Source of the DNA: a virus
Taxonomy: Duplodnaviria; Caudoviricetes
DNA length: 64,000 bases
IMG/VR virus record: IMGVR_UViG_3300020445_001720
Coordinates: 1,064 to 65,063 of that record
Direction: 5' to 3' (one strand)
Part shown: one piece after another, positions 46,170-57,100 of the stretch
Position numbering within the stretch: the stretch's first letter is position 1
How the letters are laid out: each line of letters begins with the position of its first letter
Notes under the pieces: model-generated
The model's input: the letters and a program-made list of their open reading frames with translations, nothing else
Told to the model about the DNA's origin: nothing
Databases searched by the model: none
Made by a program: the position numbers and the translations under genes

Positions 46170-48365
46170 TTACATACCACATACTCTTGTCTGGTGCAGT
46201 CCAATGGTATCGCTTGCTGCGTCGTCAAATCCAGTAGCATGACCAACATAATACAGTTTATCATTCTGTCCTATCATTCCAAATCCATCATCATAAACGG
46301 CACTATGAATACATGCTATTTTTTCAAATGTTCTCATTTCTAAACCGTTATAATAACTTGTACCATCCAATTCCCAAGGAAACTTACCTTTATGGTCTGT
46401 ATGAATTGCCCAAGAGTTACGAGGACCTCTACCTCTACCTTCATTTACATTACCAGTTGTTGTTACTCTACCAGTATTAAGTAAGAATGCACGAGTTCTA
46501 TAATCTGTATTAGAATATCCAGATCTCTTCATATCAATAACCTCTCCAGAAGTATCAGTAGCATTCATAGGAACTGGATATTGTAATTCAGCATTTGTCA
46601 TATGGTTATCGCCAAAATCAGGGGATGTTGCAACATATCCATCCCATGTAGCAAAGGTATAATTCTGTTGATTACCTACACCATATAACATTCCAGTTGA
46701 TCTTTGTTTCAAAACCATACTAGCATTACCCTGATCCATGTTAACCCAGAAATCTTCAACATCATTATATAATTCCGTCATACTCCATAATTGCCTCATT
46801 CCACTTCCATTCATCTCAAGAGTTTTTCCTGCACCCCAGAACATTTGTTGCATTGGAGAGAATGTCTTACCACCAGTCCAATAATCATTACCATTATTTG
46901 AACCAGAACGGTAGAAGTTTTGTCCAATCCATGGAAGATAACCAGTACAATGCATAACACCATCATGTGTTAGTACCCAAACAGCATTATAAGAATTATA
47001 TCCTGTCTTAACTATTTTTTTAATTCCTCCATGTCTATTAAAATCATATGGAACTTTTCTAGGATAACCTTGATATTGATCATCTCCAACACCAAGACCA
47101 CCATAAGCATTATAACCCCAACCCCATAAATTTCCATCTTCATCTAAAGCATGTCCATGTTGATAGTTACCACCACCTAACCAGAAATCTCTAAGTTTAC
47201 GATTATCAAATACCTGTTGTGGTATTTTTGCAGGAATGTAACTATTATTCCATCCGTTATTATATCTAAAGTTTCTACCTAAACCAGAGTGTCCGTTATA
47301 TCCCCAAGTCCATAACTGTCCATTAATATCTAAGGCACCTACGCAGGTATTGGAGTTATTAGCATAATCTCCTTCATTACTTGTACCAATCTTGATTGCC
47401 TGTATGTCAATCATTAATCCAGTACCTCTGGTACGCATATTAGTATTAGCCTGGATTTGTTGGTTGTAGTTTAAACTACCACCATCATTATTAGTTCTAC
47501 CTGCTCTTTTTGTGTAATATCTATTATTTGTTCCACCATCTCCTTTCATGAAGGCTCCCCATCCTGCAATGTAAACTTCTCCAGTATCAAATAAGAAAGA
47601 GTAATGATGATTAGCACCACCAACACATTGAATTAATCTAGGTCTTTGCCATGGTGCAGCTGCAGTACTGTTTGTATATGCTGCTCCTCTAGGAGAATTA
47701 CCATCATATTCATCCCAGAAATTAAATACTGAACTCACCTGATGCGCTTGAAGCCCACCATAATTCCATTCAGAACCACCCCAACCATAGTTGTCATGAT
47801 ATCCTACATGGGTTGCTTCATATTCTCCGTTAATTACAGATAATCCTCCTTGATCAAGACCTGGCCAATCAACATCACCCATAGTAAAACCATGGTTATT
47901 AAAATCATTTCTATTACCAACTTGCTGCCTCCATCCAAAGGGATTTCTATTCCAGAATCCTATACTCCTATCTCCTGCATTTTGATTCGATCCTGTAGAA
48001 ACTTTTTCCCAGAAACTTGATCCACGAGTATGTCCTTCATAAACTGGATGAATGAATCTACCATGTTTTACACAAGTATATTGATCTCCATTATAATTTA
48101 CAATGTCTCCTGGATAATATTCTCCTTTATCCATCCACTGACCAGTCCAAATATAACCACTAGTATATTGTTCCCATCCGTCAGTATCATGCTCTGGTTT
48201 AGTATTCCAACCAAATCTATTATCTTCCCTATACTTATCAGTCGTGCAAACCCATGTAGAACCACCCACTCTAACGACATCATTTTTATCGTAAGTTTTA
48301 CTTTTATTCCATTCCCCTACATAATCGAGGGTCATGTCTTTTGCCATATGTCTGAGTCTGTCCAT
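46170..48365 (-). CDS. RCC1/BLIP-II repeat protein with N-terminal CBM5/12-like repeats
   Basis: GEW....Y..NDVV..GG.TWVC twice; ALD..G.LW.WGYN.YG.LG repeats. Confidence 0.82.
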   Translation of the reverse strand: MDRLRHMAKDMTLDYVGEWNKSKTYDKNDVVRVGGSTWVCTTDKYREDNRFGWNTKPEHDTDGWEQYTSGYIWTGQWMDKGEYYPGDIVNYNGDQYTCVKHGRFIHPVYEGHTRGSSFWEKVSTGSNQNAGDRSIGFWNRNPFGWRQQVGNRNDFNNHGFTMGDVDWPGLDQGGLSVINGEYEATHVGYHDNYGWGGSEWNYGGLQAHQVSSVFNFWDEYDGNSPRGAAYTNSTAAAPWQRPRLIQCVGGANHHYSFLFDTGEVYIAGWGAFMKGDGGTNNRYYTKRAGRTNNDGGSLNYNQQIQANTNMRTRGTGLMIDIQAIKIGTSNEGDYANNSNTCVGALDINGQLWTWGYNGHSGLGRNFRYNNGWNNSYIPAKIPQQVFDNRKLRDFWLGGGNYQHGHALDEDGNLWGWGYNAYGGLGVGDDQYQGYPRKVPYDFNRHGGIKKIVKTGYNSYNAVWVLTHDGVMHCTGYLPWIGQNFYRSGSNNGNDYWTGGKTFSPMQQMFWGAGKTLEMNGSGMRQLWSMTELYNDVEDFWVNMDQGNASMVLKQRSTGMLYGVGNQQNYTFATWDGYVATSPDFGDNHMTNAELQYPVPMNATDTSGEVIDMKRSGYSNTDYRTRAFLLNTGRVTTTGNVNEGRGRGPRNSWAIHTDHKGKFPWELDGTSYYNGLEMRTFEKIACIHSAVYDDGFGMIGQNDKLYYVGHATGFDDAASDTIGLHQTRVCGM

Positions 48366-48379
48366 CTTTAAATTCTATT

Positions 48380-49090
48380 CTACGGTGTGGTGGGAATACT
48401 ATGATCATTTGGGTCATCCATGGCAGAGGTTGCCATTCCAACTCCTGCTATGCTATCGTCACCTCCATCATGTATTGCAACTAAAGTATTATGTTCGGTT
48501 GTGCTCAATGCTTTTAAACCTAATTGATCAACTAAAAAAGTATTATTTGGAGATGTAGAAGTACTCAAGTATTTAGACCTTAAGTTTTCATTTTGTTTTA
48601 AAATTACAAATGTATAATTTGTACCGATACCTGTTTGTAATGAAGCATCATTTTCAAATTTAAGATTGCACCATTCTGCTTCAGACATTAATGCCAGTTG
48701 TGCTAGATCTCCTTCATATCTATCTACCGAATTTTCATCAGGAACAAAAAATGATTGTGATATATTATCCACTGTGTATGAAGGATGAATTGCCCAATAC
48801 TCTGTTGTGGTATTAATTCCAGCAGTCAAACTTAAACTACTTGAATAAAGAAAAACTTCACATGATTCAGGTTCAAAATCTTCTGGAGGACATCTTACAG
48901 GGTCTTCATTTTTTACAGTTGAAATACCTGTAACATTTCCTTCCTCATCAAATAAATTAATTTCAGTATAAGAGGTTAAAATACCTATAATAGGATCCTC
49001 AAGAGATGGATTAACAACTTCTTGAGTTGGCCAAATCAATGAGTATGTTTCATTCTTAGATATTATATTGTATGTTGTTGAAATAGACAT
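48380..49090 (-). CDS. Acidic hypothetical protein within the RCC1 cluster
   Basis: 236-aa ORF, co-oriented and tightly packed. Confidence 0.7.
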   Translation of the reverse strand: MSISTTYNIISKNETYSLIWPTQEVVNPSLEDPIIGILTSYTEINLFDEEGNVTGISTVKNEDPVRCPPEDFEPESCEVFLYSSSLSLTAGINTTTEYWAIHPSYTVDNISQSFFVPDENSVDRYEGDLAQLALMSEAEWCNLKFENDASLQTGIGTNYTFVILKQNENLRSKYLSTSTSPNNTFLVDQLGLKALSTTEHNTLVAIHDGGDDSIAGVGMATSAMDDPNDHSIPTTP

Positions 49091-49094
49091 TTAA

Positions 49095-51662
49095 TTAACC
49101 AACTCCGTGATGATGAACTGAACCCCAAACGTGACCAATGAAATAAGCAGCACCCCAATCATAGTTACGACCTCTACCTGTCAATTCTCCATTACTGAAT
49201 AAAGTCATTGACCACGGAGTATGACTTGAATCACCATCATAATCTCCAGTTGCCCAGATATCTATACAAGTTACTCCCCCATTATCAAATGTAACACTAC
49301 TCTGACCTTGACTGTAAGTTGAAGAAGAAGATGTGTTATCAGCAGGAGTGGATCCACCTGCAGAATAGAAAGGTGCATGTAACTGTCTTCCTAGAGCATA
49401 CTGCCTTTGACCATTTTGCTGATATCTAACCTGATTGTTTGTCACATTGCTACTGCTTCCACAACCACTTTCTCCATATCCATTCCAACCAGTTGCATAA
49501 ACATGTCCTTTATCAGTAAGGAAGTATTGACAAACACCACCCGATCTTCCAGAAGAACACATAGCAACACAATTTTGTAAAAGTTGGTTACTAGAACTTC
49601 CTGGCATATATGTTGGGTTGTTGGCTGAGTTGGTACTAGGAGCACTATTATCTCCCGTCATATTATAATGACCATCATATCCAGTTCCATATGTGGTTCC
49701 ATCATTAAGTCTCCACCATAAATGCCCATACTCATTACAAGCATCAGCCCAGAAGTTTCTGATTGAACCATTACCTGTTAATCCAGTTCTTCTAGTTAAA
49801 GAACTACTATTAGTTCCTGTGGTCGTGTTCTGACTTCCTAATTGTCCATATCCATTGTATCCTTGACTCCAGATTGATCCATTTCCATCTAAAACATAGA
49901 GACTATCAACGTTTGCTTCTGAACAAGCAACAACAACTTTTTGAATTCCTCCATAAGTAGCCCAGTTAACATTTATTTTTTGAGGAGATTGTGATCTATC
50001 AGAATCTCCAAATCCACTGTTTGTAGGATATCCAAGATTACCTCTAGTATTATAACCCCAAGACCAAAGTTCTCCATCTTCATCCATTACCATAGACCAT
50101 CTATGTCCTGCCCAGATGTCAACAATCTTTTTCCCTCCAAAGAAAAGATCTTTATTCATCGAATGAATCAAGTACACTCGATTGTTTATACCCATACTAT
50201 TAGCAGAGAAGTACATAATATCGTCTGATGAATCACCAAATCCACCACCTCTATCAGAAGAAATACCACACTGACCAGTATCGTTTCTTCCCCATGTATG
50301 AACTTCTCCATACTCATCTAAAGCAACAATATGAGAATCACTATCTCTTGCTTGCCTTCCACCACTTACTACTTTTACAATAGATCTTCCTTTGAACTGA
50401 GTTCTATGTAGGTTAATACCCTGATCTGTACCTTCATCATTATCCCAACCTAAGTATCCGTTACCATAGGTTCCAGACATGGTTAGAGTACCATCACTAT
50501 GAAGATTTGCCCTCATAGAGGTCCAACTATGCATTGCCTGTATAACAGTAGGATTATGATCAGTTCTTTGTCTCGGTAAATTACCAATATCAGGTTGTAT
50601 ACCCGTCTTAGCCATTAGAGCATTAGAGATATCTGCCTCTCTTACTCCCTGATGAATTGTATTTGCTCCCTGAGTATAATATTCATTTGGTGTTCCACCC
50701 TCTGCAACTAACTGTCCATTATTACAAAGGAATTGATTACTCTTACGATATGACATATGTCCATCGTTCCAACCAGAATTCCATCTCCATGCATGAGGAG
50801 AAGTAGAACCTATACCCAAACTTGTATTCCAAGGAATATTACCATTCCATCTATTATTTGTTCCCCACTGTGGAAGATCTATCCAAGGATGTCCTTTCCA
50901 TTTCCATGGTTGCTTATTTGTAAATCCACTCACAGCTTGATGAGGCATTAAATCATCTCCTCTAGAGAAAATTCTCCAAACTCCAGGAAAATCAAACTGA
51001 GGATCTACATCTGAATGACCTACACCACAAACATATGATGAATTATTTCTTTGAACAATATCGCCTGGAAGATATACAGCATCGTCGTCCCAGTTTCCTA
51101 CAGGATTATAACCCTCAGATAATATATCCCAATCTAACCAGTTAACAGAATGCTCATACATTCCACACATTCTACGTGGTCCTAATGTAAATGGTGCATT
51201 AGAAACAGCTGCTGTATTAATACCAACTTGGTTTAAATATAAATCTGCTGTGTTTGAATCTACAACACTAATTGAAGTAATACCCACATAAGGATCAAAA
51301 TACTCACTGTAAACCATAAGACCAGTAGGTGGTGCAAACTCTTCTCCAGTTTCAGAATAGACACCTGGCATTGTACCATCAGCACCACTATATCTTTGAT
51401 GAGAAGTTACTAATCCCCACTGCTGAGTTTGTGGATTGAACCCACTAAAATCCATACGAATTTTATTGGTCTGTATTCCTAAAGTTGGTACAGTTCCATT
51501 TATAGTATTGAGAAATATTGGAGAATGATTCTTTGGCGTATCATTTTGAAAGATATATGTCCTATTATCATAATCTACAATATCTCCCTTACTGTAAACT
51601 GTCGAGGCACTATAAGTACCTCTATGCATGAATTTAACTTTTCCTAATGTAATGTTAGGCAT
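49095..51662 (-). CDS. RCC1/BLIP-II repeat protein with N-terminal CBM-like repeats
   Basis: RGTYSASTVYSKGDIVDY; ALDEYGEVHTWGRNDTGQCG, GELWSWGYNTRGNLG and similar. Confidence 0.85.
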   Translation of the reverse strand: MPNITLGKVKFMHRGTYSASTVYSKGDIVDYDNRTYIFQNDTPKNHSPIFLNTINGTVPTLGIQTNKIRMDFSGFNPQTQQWGLVTSHQRYSGADGTMPGVYSETGEEFAPPTGLMVYSEYFDPYVGITSISVVDSNTADLYLNQVGINTAAVSNAPFTLGPRRMCGMYEHSVNWLDWDILSEGYNPVGNWDDDAVYLPGDIVQRNNSSYVCGVGHSDVDPQFDFPGVWRIFSRGDDLMPHQAVSGFTNKQPWKWKGHPWIDLPQWGTNNRWNGNIPWNTSLGIGSTSPHAWRWNSGWNDGHMSYRKSNQFLCNNGQLVAEGGTPNEYYTQGANTIHQGVREADISNALMAKTGIQPDIGNLPRQRTDHNPTVIQAMHSWTSMRANLHSDGTLTMSGTYGNGYLGWDNDEGTDQGINLHRTQFKGRSIVKVVSGGRQARDSDSHIVALDEYGEVHTWGRNDTGQCGISSDRGGGFGDSSDDIMYFSANSMGINNRVYLIHSMNKDLFFGGKKIVDIWAGHRWSMVMDEDGELWSWGYNTRGNLGYPTNSGFGDSDRSQSPQKINVNWATYGGIQKVVVACSEANVDSLYVLDGNGSIWSQGYNGYGQLGSQNTTTGTNSSSLTRRTGLTGNGSIRNFWADACNEYGHLWWRLNDGTTYGTGYDGHYNMTGDNSAPSTNSANNPTYMPGSSSNQLLQNCVAMCSSGRSGGVCQYFLTDKGHVYATGWNGYGESGCGSSSNVTNNQVRYQQNGQRQYALGRQLHAPFYSAGGSTPADNTSSSSTYSQGQSSVTFDNGGVTCIDIWATGDYDGDSSHTPWSMTLFSNGELTGRGRNYDWGAAYFIGHVWGSVHHHGVG

Positions 51663-51682
51663 GTTTCTTAATTAATTTCTTT

Positions 51683-54196
51683 TTAATAATGGGAATTACG
51701 AAGTCTTTTCATACCGCCATTAGCTGACGCATTACTCATACTAGCTATATATCCACTGTTTCCAATAGATGGATTCTGAGCATGGAATACTTGACCTGTT
51801 CTTAGATCAGCCCACATACTCTCTTTACTGGAAGATTGTCCACATGTATGGAAGAACCAGTTACCATAATTAGCATATGGTTCATGGATTCCTGGTTTTA
51901 GTCTATAGTTATTCTGTACATAATCTGGATCGAAATCTCTTCTAGTATTATACCCATCACTGTCAACTCTACCAAAGTTGTGTCCAGCATGATACCATTC
52001 GCCCCAATTATTATATTTTCTTGCAGCGAATGTACTATTATATCTATACGCAGCGATAGAAATATGAGAACTATTATGTCCCTGATTAGATTCAACCATC
52101 ATACAGTTTGTGAAATCTGAGTTATTTCTTTGCTTAACATTTTGGAATGTTGATGCGTTTGAAGTATTATTAGAACTATTACTTAAATTATAATATCCAT
52201 TATATCCACAAGCATACAATTGATTATTAATATTTGATGATCCTCTGGTCATATAAGAGAATACATGACTGTTTCCACCACAGCACCAATAATCTACGCA
52301 GTCTGTAATCACAGATCCTTGTCCAGAACCTTGGTTTGAAGTTGCTGTTACTGGATTTGAAGGACTACTATATCCTGAAGTACGAACTTGAATTGGAACC
52401 TGACATCTGTTTGTATGATTATGTCCTAAGTTACCATAACCATTATATCCCCAAGTATATACGGATCCATCCCCTCTTACAAGAGCATTAAAACCATGAG
52501 ATCCAGAACCATTGATGCTCATTTTCTTAACTCTCTGGTTGGTTCCTGTTAAAGTACCAAAAGCATTAGAGTCAACTCTACTAGAACTTAAATTACTTCT
52601 ATTACTTGTATCTCCTTGTCCTAATTGTCCATATCCATTATAACCACAACAATATAAATGTCCTTTATCAGTTAAAACAAACAGTTGTGCATACTGTCCA
52701 CCAGTTGCCCAAATCTCAACAATTCTACCATATGAACTAGCACTAAATGAAATTTGTGTTGGTTCATCCCTATTAGTGGTTGTAGAATCTCCTATCTGCC
52801 CATATCCATTATAACCCCAAGAATAAAGATCTCTTGTACCATCAGTATTTTCAATTAAAGCATGCATTGTACAAGATACCTGAGTACCTCCACCAGTTGA
52901 TGAAGCAATACGGATTGCCTTTTTACCTCTTAGTACTGTTGTACCAGATTTATTTACGTTTGCATATCCACATCTGGCAGGATGATGCACTCCTGAGTCT
53001 GTAGTTCTATTATCTCCAGCTTGTCCATGTCCATTATATCCAGAATAATGAACCTCTCCATTATTAAATAAGAACAAAGTATTACCTTGTCCATGTTCTA
53101 CTTGAATTATTTTTGGATATTCTCCATCTGGAGTTGGAAGAAGTCCATCAATATAATCTAAGTTGCAGAAATTTCCTTCATTCTGTGCACTAGTATTAGC
53201 AGAATCATTATCATTCTTTGCAATACCAGACATTTTATAGTAATCTCTTCCATTTCCTACCCACATACCTCTACGATTGATATACCCAAAATCGTACATT
53301 GGGTTATGAGTTCCATATGTTTTAGCAGGACCAATACTATCTCCCATACCAACTAAAACATTAGTTCCTGTTGCTCCCGCAGTGGTATTAGTTGTTACAT
53401 ATGTACTAAAACTAGGATCGCTTCCACCACTTCTTCCTGTATAACCAGAAACTGATGTATCAATATTAATTGTTGGACTTGAAGTATAGCTTTTGCCAGG
53501 ATTTATAATTTCACATTGGAATATATTACCACTTGTATTAATATGTGCCACTCCTTCAAAGTCCGATCCACCACCACCTGAAGCAGTTAGTCTAATCATT
53601 CCTGTTTTAGGACTACCTGTTTTTCCTTTAACTCTATTAGATGTCAACCATCCCGATCCTTGTCCACTAAGGATTAGAGTATTGATAGTTCCTATTACTG
53701 ATTGAGATTTCGCATTCCATAAAGGTTTGTAAGGAGGACTATATCCATCATTATCTTTACCTAAGAAAGTAGTTACTCTTCTAGAAATATGCTTAGATAA
53801 ACGATACCAATAAGTAGATTGTGTTGTTGGTTCGTCTATTGGTAAAGCAGTTGCTGGATTATTACCAGTATGTGCCTGTCTACAAATATATGTTGAAGTA
53901 TCATAATATTTCCAACAAGAATTATAAGCATACTCATGTATGTAAGTTACAATATCATTTAATTGATATGCTGTTGAACTACTCCAATTACCCCTATCTC
54001 TTGATAAACCAGATATTTTTTCCCAATAACTAGCATTTGTACCAGGAACATGACTTCCGCCTGAAGTATTAGTTTTACAAAGATATTGTCCACCACCATA
54101 ATTGACAATATCATCTACAGTGTAAGCATCTGACGTATTATATACACCTCTTACATTGTATCTAACTTTTCCTAGTGAACTTGTACTAATTCCCAT
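51683..54196 (-). CDS. RCC1/BLIP-II repeat protein with N-terminal CBM-like repeats
   Basis: RGVYNTSDAYTVDDIVNYGGGQYLC; LYSWGYNGYGQIGD, VYTWGYNGYGNLG and similar. Confidence 0.87.
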   Translation of the reverse strand: MGISTSSLGKVRYNVRGVYNTSDAYTVDDIVNYGGGQYLCKTNTSGGSHVPGTNASYWEKISGLSRDRGNWSSSTAYQLNDIVTYIHEYAYNSCWKYYDTSTYICRQAHTGNNPATALPIDEPTTQSTYWYRLSKHISRRVTTFLGKDNDGYSPPYKPLWNAKSQSVIGTINTLILSGQGSGWLTSNRVKGKTGSPKTGMIRLTASGGGGSDFEGVAHINTSGNIFQCEIINPGKSYTSSPTINIDTSVSGYTGRSGGSDPSFSTYVTTNTTAGATGTNVLVGMGDSIGPAKTYGTHNPMYDFGYINRRGMWVGNGRDYYKMSGIAKNDNDSANTSAQNEGNFCNLDYIDGLLPTPDGEYPKIIQVEHGQGNTLFLFNNGEVHYSGYNGHGQAGDNRTTDSGVHHPARCGYANVNKSGTTVLRGKKAIRIASSTGGGTQVSCTMHALIENTDGTRDLYSWGYNGYGQIGDSTTTNRDEPTQISFSASSYGRIVEIWATGGQYAQLFVLTDKGHLYCCGYNGYGQLGQGDTSNRSNLSSSRVDSNAFGTLTGTNQRVKKMSINGSGSHGFNALVRGDGSVYTWGYNGYGNLGHNHTNRCQVPIQVRTSGYSSPSNPVTATSNQGSGQGSVITDCVDYWCCGGNSHVFSYMTRGSSNINNQLYACGYNGYYNLSNSSNNTSNASTFQNVKQRNNSDFTNCMMVESNQGHNSSHISIAAYRYNSTFAARKYNNWGEWYHAGHNFGRVDSDGYNTRRDFDPDYVQNNYRLKPGIHEPYANYGNWFFHTCGQSSSKESMWADLRTGQVFHAQNPSIGNSGYIASMSNASANGGMKRLRNSHY

Positions 54197-54199
54197 TTT

Positions 54200-57100
54200 T
54201 TATAATTCTAAAACTAAATGTCCTGATGAGTCTATTGAAGCTTCAACACCTCCTGGAGCAATAAAATCGTGTAAGATTGGTTGAGATCCGCGAATGAAAT
54301 CATTCTTCTCACTGTAATCTACGGATGTAGTTGAGTCAACCTCAGTAAATGATAGTTTACCATAATTGGTAACATCATTCTTGTTCTTATTTATGCCGAA
54401 ATAATAATATGAATTTGCTGCACTAACGTTAGTTAGGTTTGCACCACTACCACTAAAACTTGTTGCAGTAACAGCACCAGTATTTGCGTTAAAGTTAAAA
54501 GTAGTATTACTTACCGCAGTCTGATTAGTTCCTAAAGCATCAACTAAAACTGGATGTAAAGTAGTTCCTGATGATGTTGCAGCATTTACAGTTGTGGAAG
54601 GACCTCCAGGACCTTGAGTACCCTGTCTTCCTTGAGTTCCTTGAGAACCCGTTGTACCTTGGCGACCCTGTGTTCCTTGAGCACCCGTTGTTCCCTGAGA
54701 ACCCGTTGTTCCTTGAGAACCCGTTGTTCCCTGTGTACCCTGTCTTCCTTGAGTTCCTTGAGAACCTGTTGTACCCTGTCTTCCTTGAGTTCCCTGTGTA
54801 CCCGTCGCTCCCTGAGTTCCTGTTGTTCCCTGAGAACCCGTTGTTCCCTGAGAACCAATAGTTCCTTGGCGACCTTGAGTACCTTGAATACCTTGATTTC
54901 CCTGATTTCCTTGGCGACCCTGTGTTCCTTGAGCACCCGTTGTTCCCTGAGAACCCGTTGTTCCCTGAGAACCCGTTGTTCCTTGAGTTCCTTGTTCTCC
55001 AGTTGTACCCTGTCTTCCCTGAGTACCCTGTGTACCCTGTCTTCCTTGAGTTCCCTGTGTACCCTGTCTTCCTTGAGTTCCCTGATTACCTGTATCTCCT
55101 TTTGTACCAGTTCTTGCGAAAGTAACAATTATATCTTCAGAATTACTAAATGATGTTGAACCAGAAACGTAAGAAACAGTTACCTTATGATATCCACTTG
55201 CTTCAGTATTAGTTCCACTGATTGTGAATAGTGTAAAATCTTCTGCGTTAGTCTTATTAGATATCCTTACATGTCCCTTTACAGTAGATGTAGAATCATC
55301 AATAGTTCTTAGGAAGTCTTCTATATTAGTACCACCATCATCCTGATCATCAATGTACATTACTGTAGCAGATGATAATGTTCCGTTATTAAATCTTAAA
55401 TTTCCTTGACCTGGATCACTATCTGTTGTTGTAGTACTGAATGTGTAATCAAACGTAGCACCACCGAAGTTACCTGTAGTACCCTGTGTTCCCAAAGTTC
55501 CTTGAGTTCCTTGAGTTCCCTGTGGACCCTGATTTCCTTGGCGACCCTGAGTACCTTGAGTTCCTTGTTCTCCAGTTGTTCCTTGGCGACCCTGAGTACC
55601 TTGAGTTCCTTGTTCTCCAGTTGTACCCTGAGTTCCCTGTCTTCCTTGAGTACCCTGAATACCCTGACGACCTTGGCGACCTTGTGTTCCCTGATTTCCT
55701 TGAGTTCCTTGTGTACCTTGAATACCTTGAATACCCTGTCTACCCTGAGTTCCTTGTTCTCCTTGGACACCTTGAATACCTTGTCTACCCTGAGTTCCCT
55801 GTGGACCCTGATTTCCTTGGCGACCCTGAGTACCTTGAGTTCCTTGAGGTCCAAGATCACTAATATTAATAGTACCAGCCATACCTGAGTGGTTCTGGCA
55901 AACATAATAAACATTATTTGGTGCGTTATATGGAACTTCGTAAGTTATGATTGCTGACTGAGAACCATTATTACTTACACCATCTCCAGCATCAAGAACA
56001 TTTGATGAATTATAAGCACCTGAACTTGTTTGAAGCCAGAATGGATGTCCAGAAGCACTTACATCAAATGTATATGCAAATCCTCTTAGTAATTCTAAAG
56101 TTGGATTGCTAAAGGTATCAATTACATAGTTACTTGATCCATTATTAGTTACTGTATATTCTCTGGATCCTGGATAACCCTGAACACCTTGGCGACCTTG
56201 GGTTCCTTGAGTACCCTGTGTTCCCTGACGACCTTGCTGACCCTGTGTACCTTGAGTACCTTGAGTACCTTGATACCCTTGGCGACCTTGAGTTCCCTGT
56301 GTACCTTGAGTACCTTGAGTTCCTTGTTCTCCAGTTGTTCCTTGAGCAGCTTGAGTACCTTGAATTCCTTGGATACCTTGTCTACCCTGAGTTCCTTGTC
56401 TACCCTGAGTTCCCTGTGGACCCTGAGTTCCTTGTGTACCTTGGTGACCTTGAGGACCTTGAGAACCTTGAATACCTTGTCCACCCTGAACACCTTGAAT
56501 ACCTTGTCTGCCTTGATTGCCCTGAATACCCTGAACACCTTGACGACCTTGCTGACCCTGAATACCCTGAACACCCTGAATACCTTGGCGACCTTGATTA
56601 CCCTGAGTACCCTGAGTACCTTTGTCTCCAGTTCTATTAAATGCAAGAGATAATCTCTCTCCAGATCCAGGTACACTACTACTATTTGATATTAATGTAA
56701 CAGCAATCAAATAGTAACCACTCATATCGGTTACAGTGTCTACTTGGAATACGTAGTTATTATTATTTGCGTTATCAGAACTGTATATTGTTAGATAACC
56801 TTCATTAGAACTGGAAGAATCATCCCAAGTATCAAACCAACCTGATTGATCTGTACTGAAATCATCGCTATCATCAATATAAATTCTATCAACTGATCCA
56901 ATTGTTCCATTATTGAATTTTACAAATCCACTACCAGGATCTGAGTTTGTTGTATTAGTACTGAATAAGTACTCAATTCCACCTCTCTTACCAACTTGTC
57001 CTTGAGTTCCTTGTCTTCCTTGGGTACCTTGAGTGCCTTGTGTACCCTGTCTTCCTTGAGTTCCCTGTGTACCCTGAGTTCCTTGTTCTCCTTGGACACC

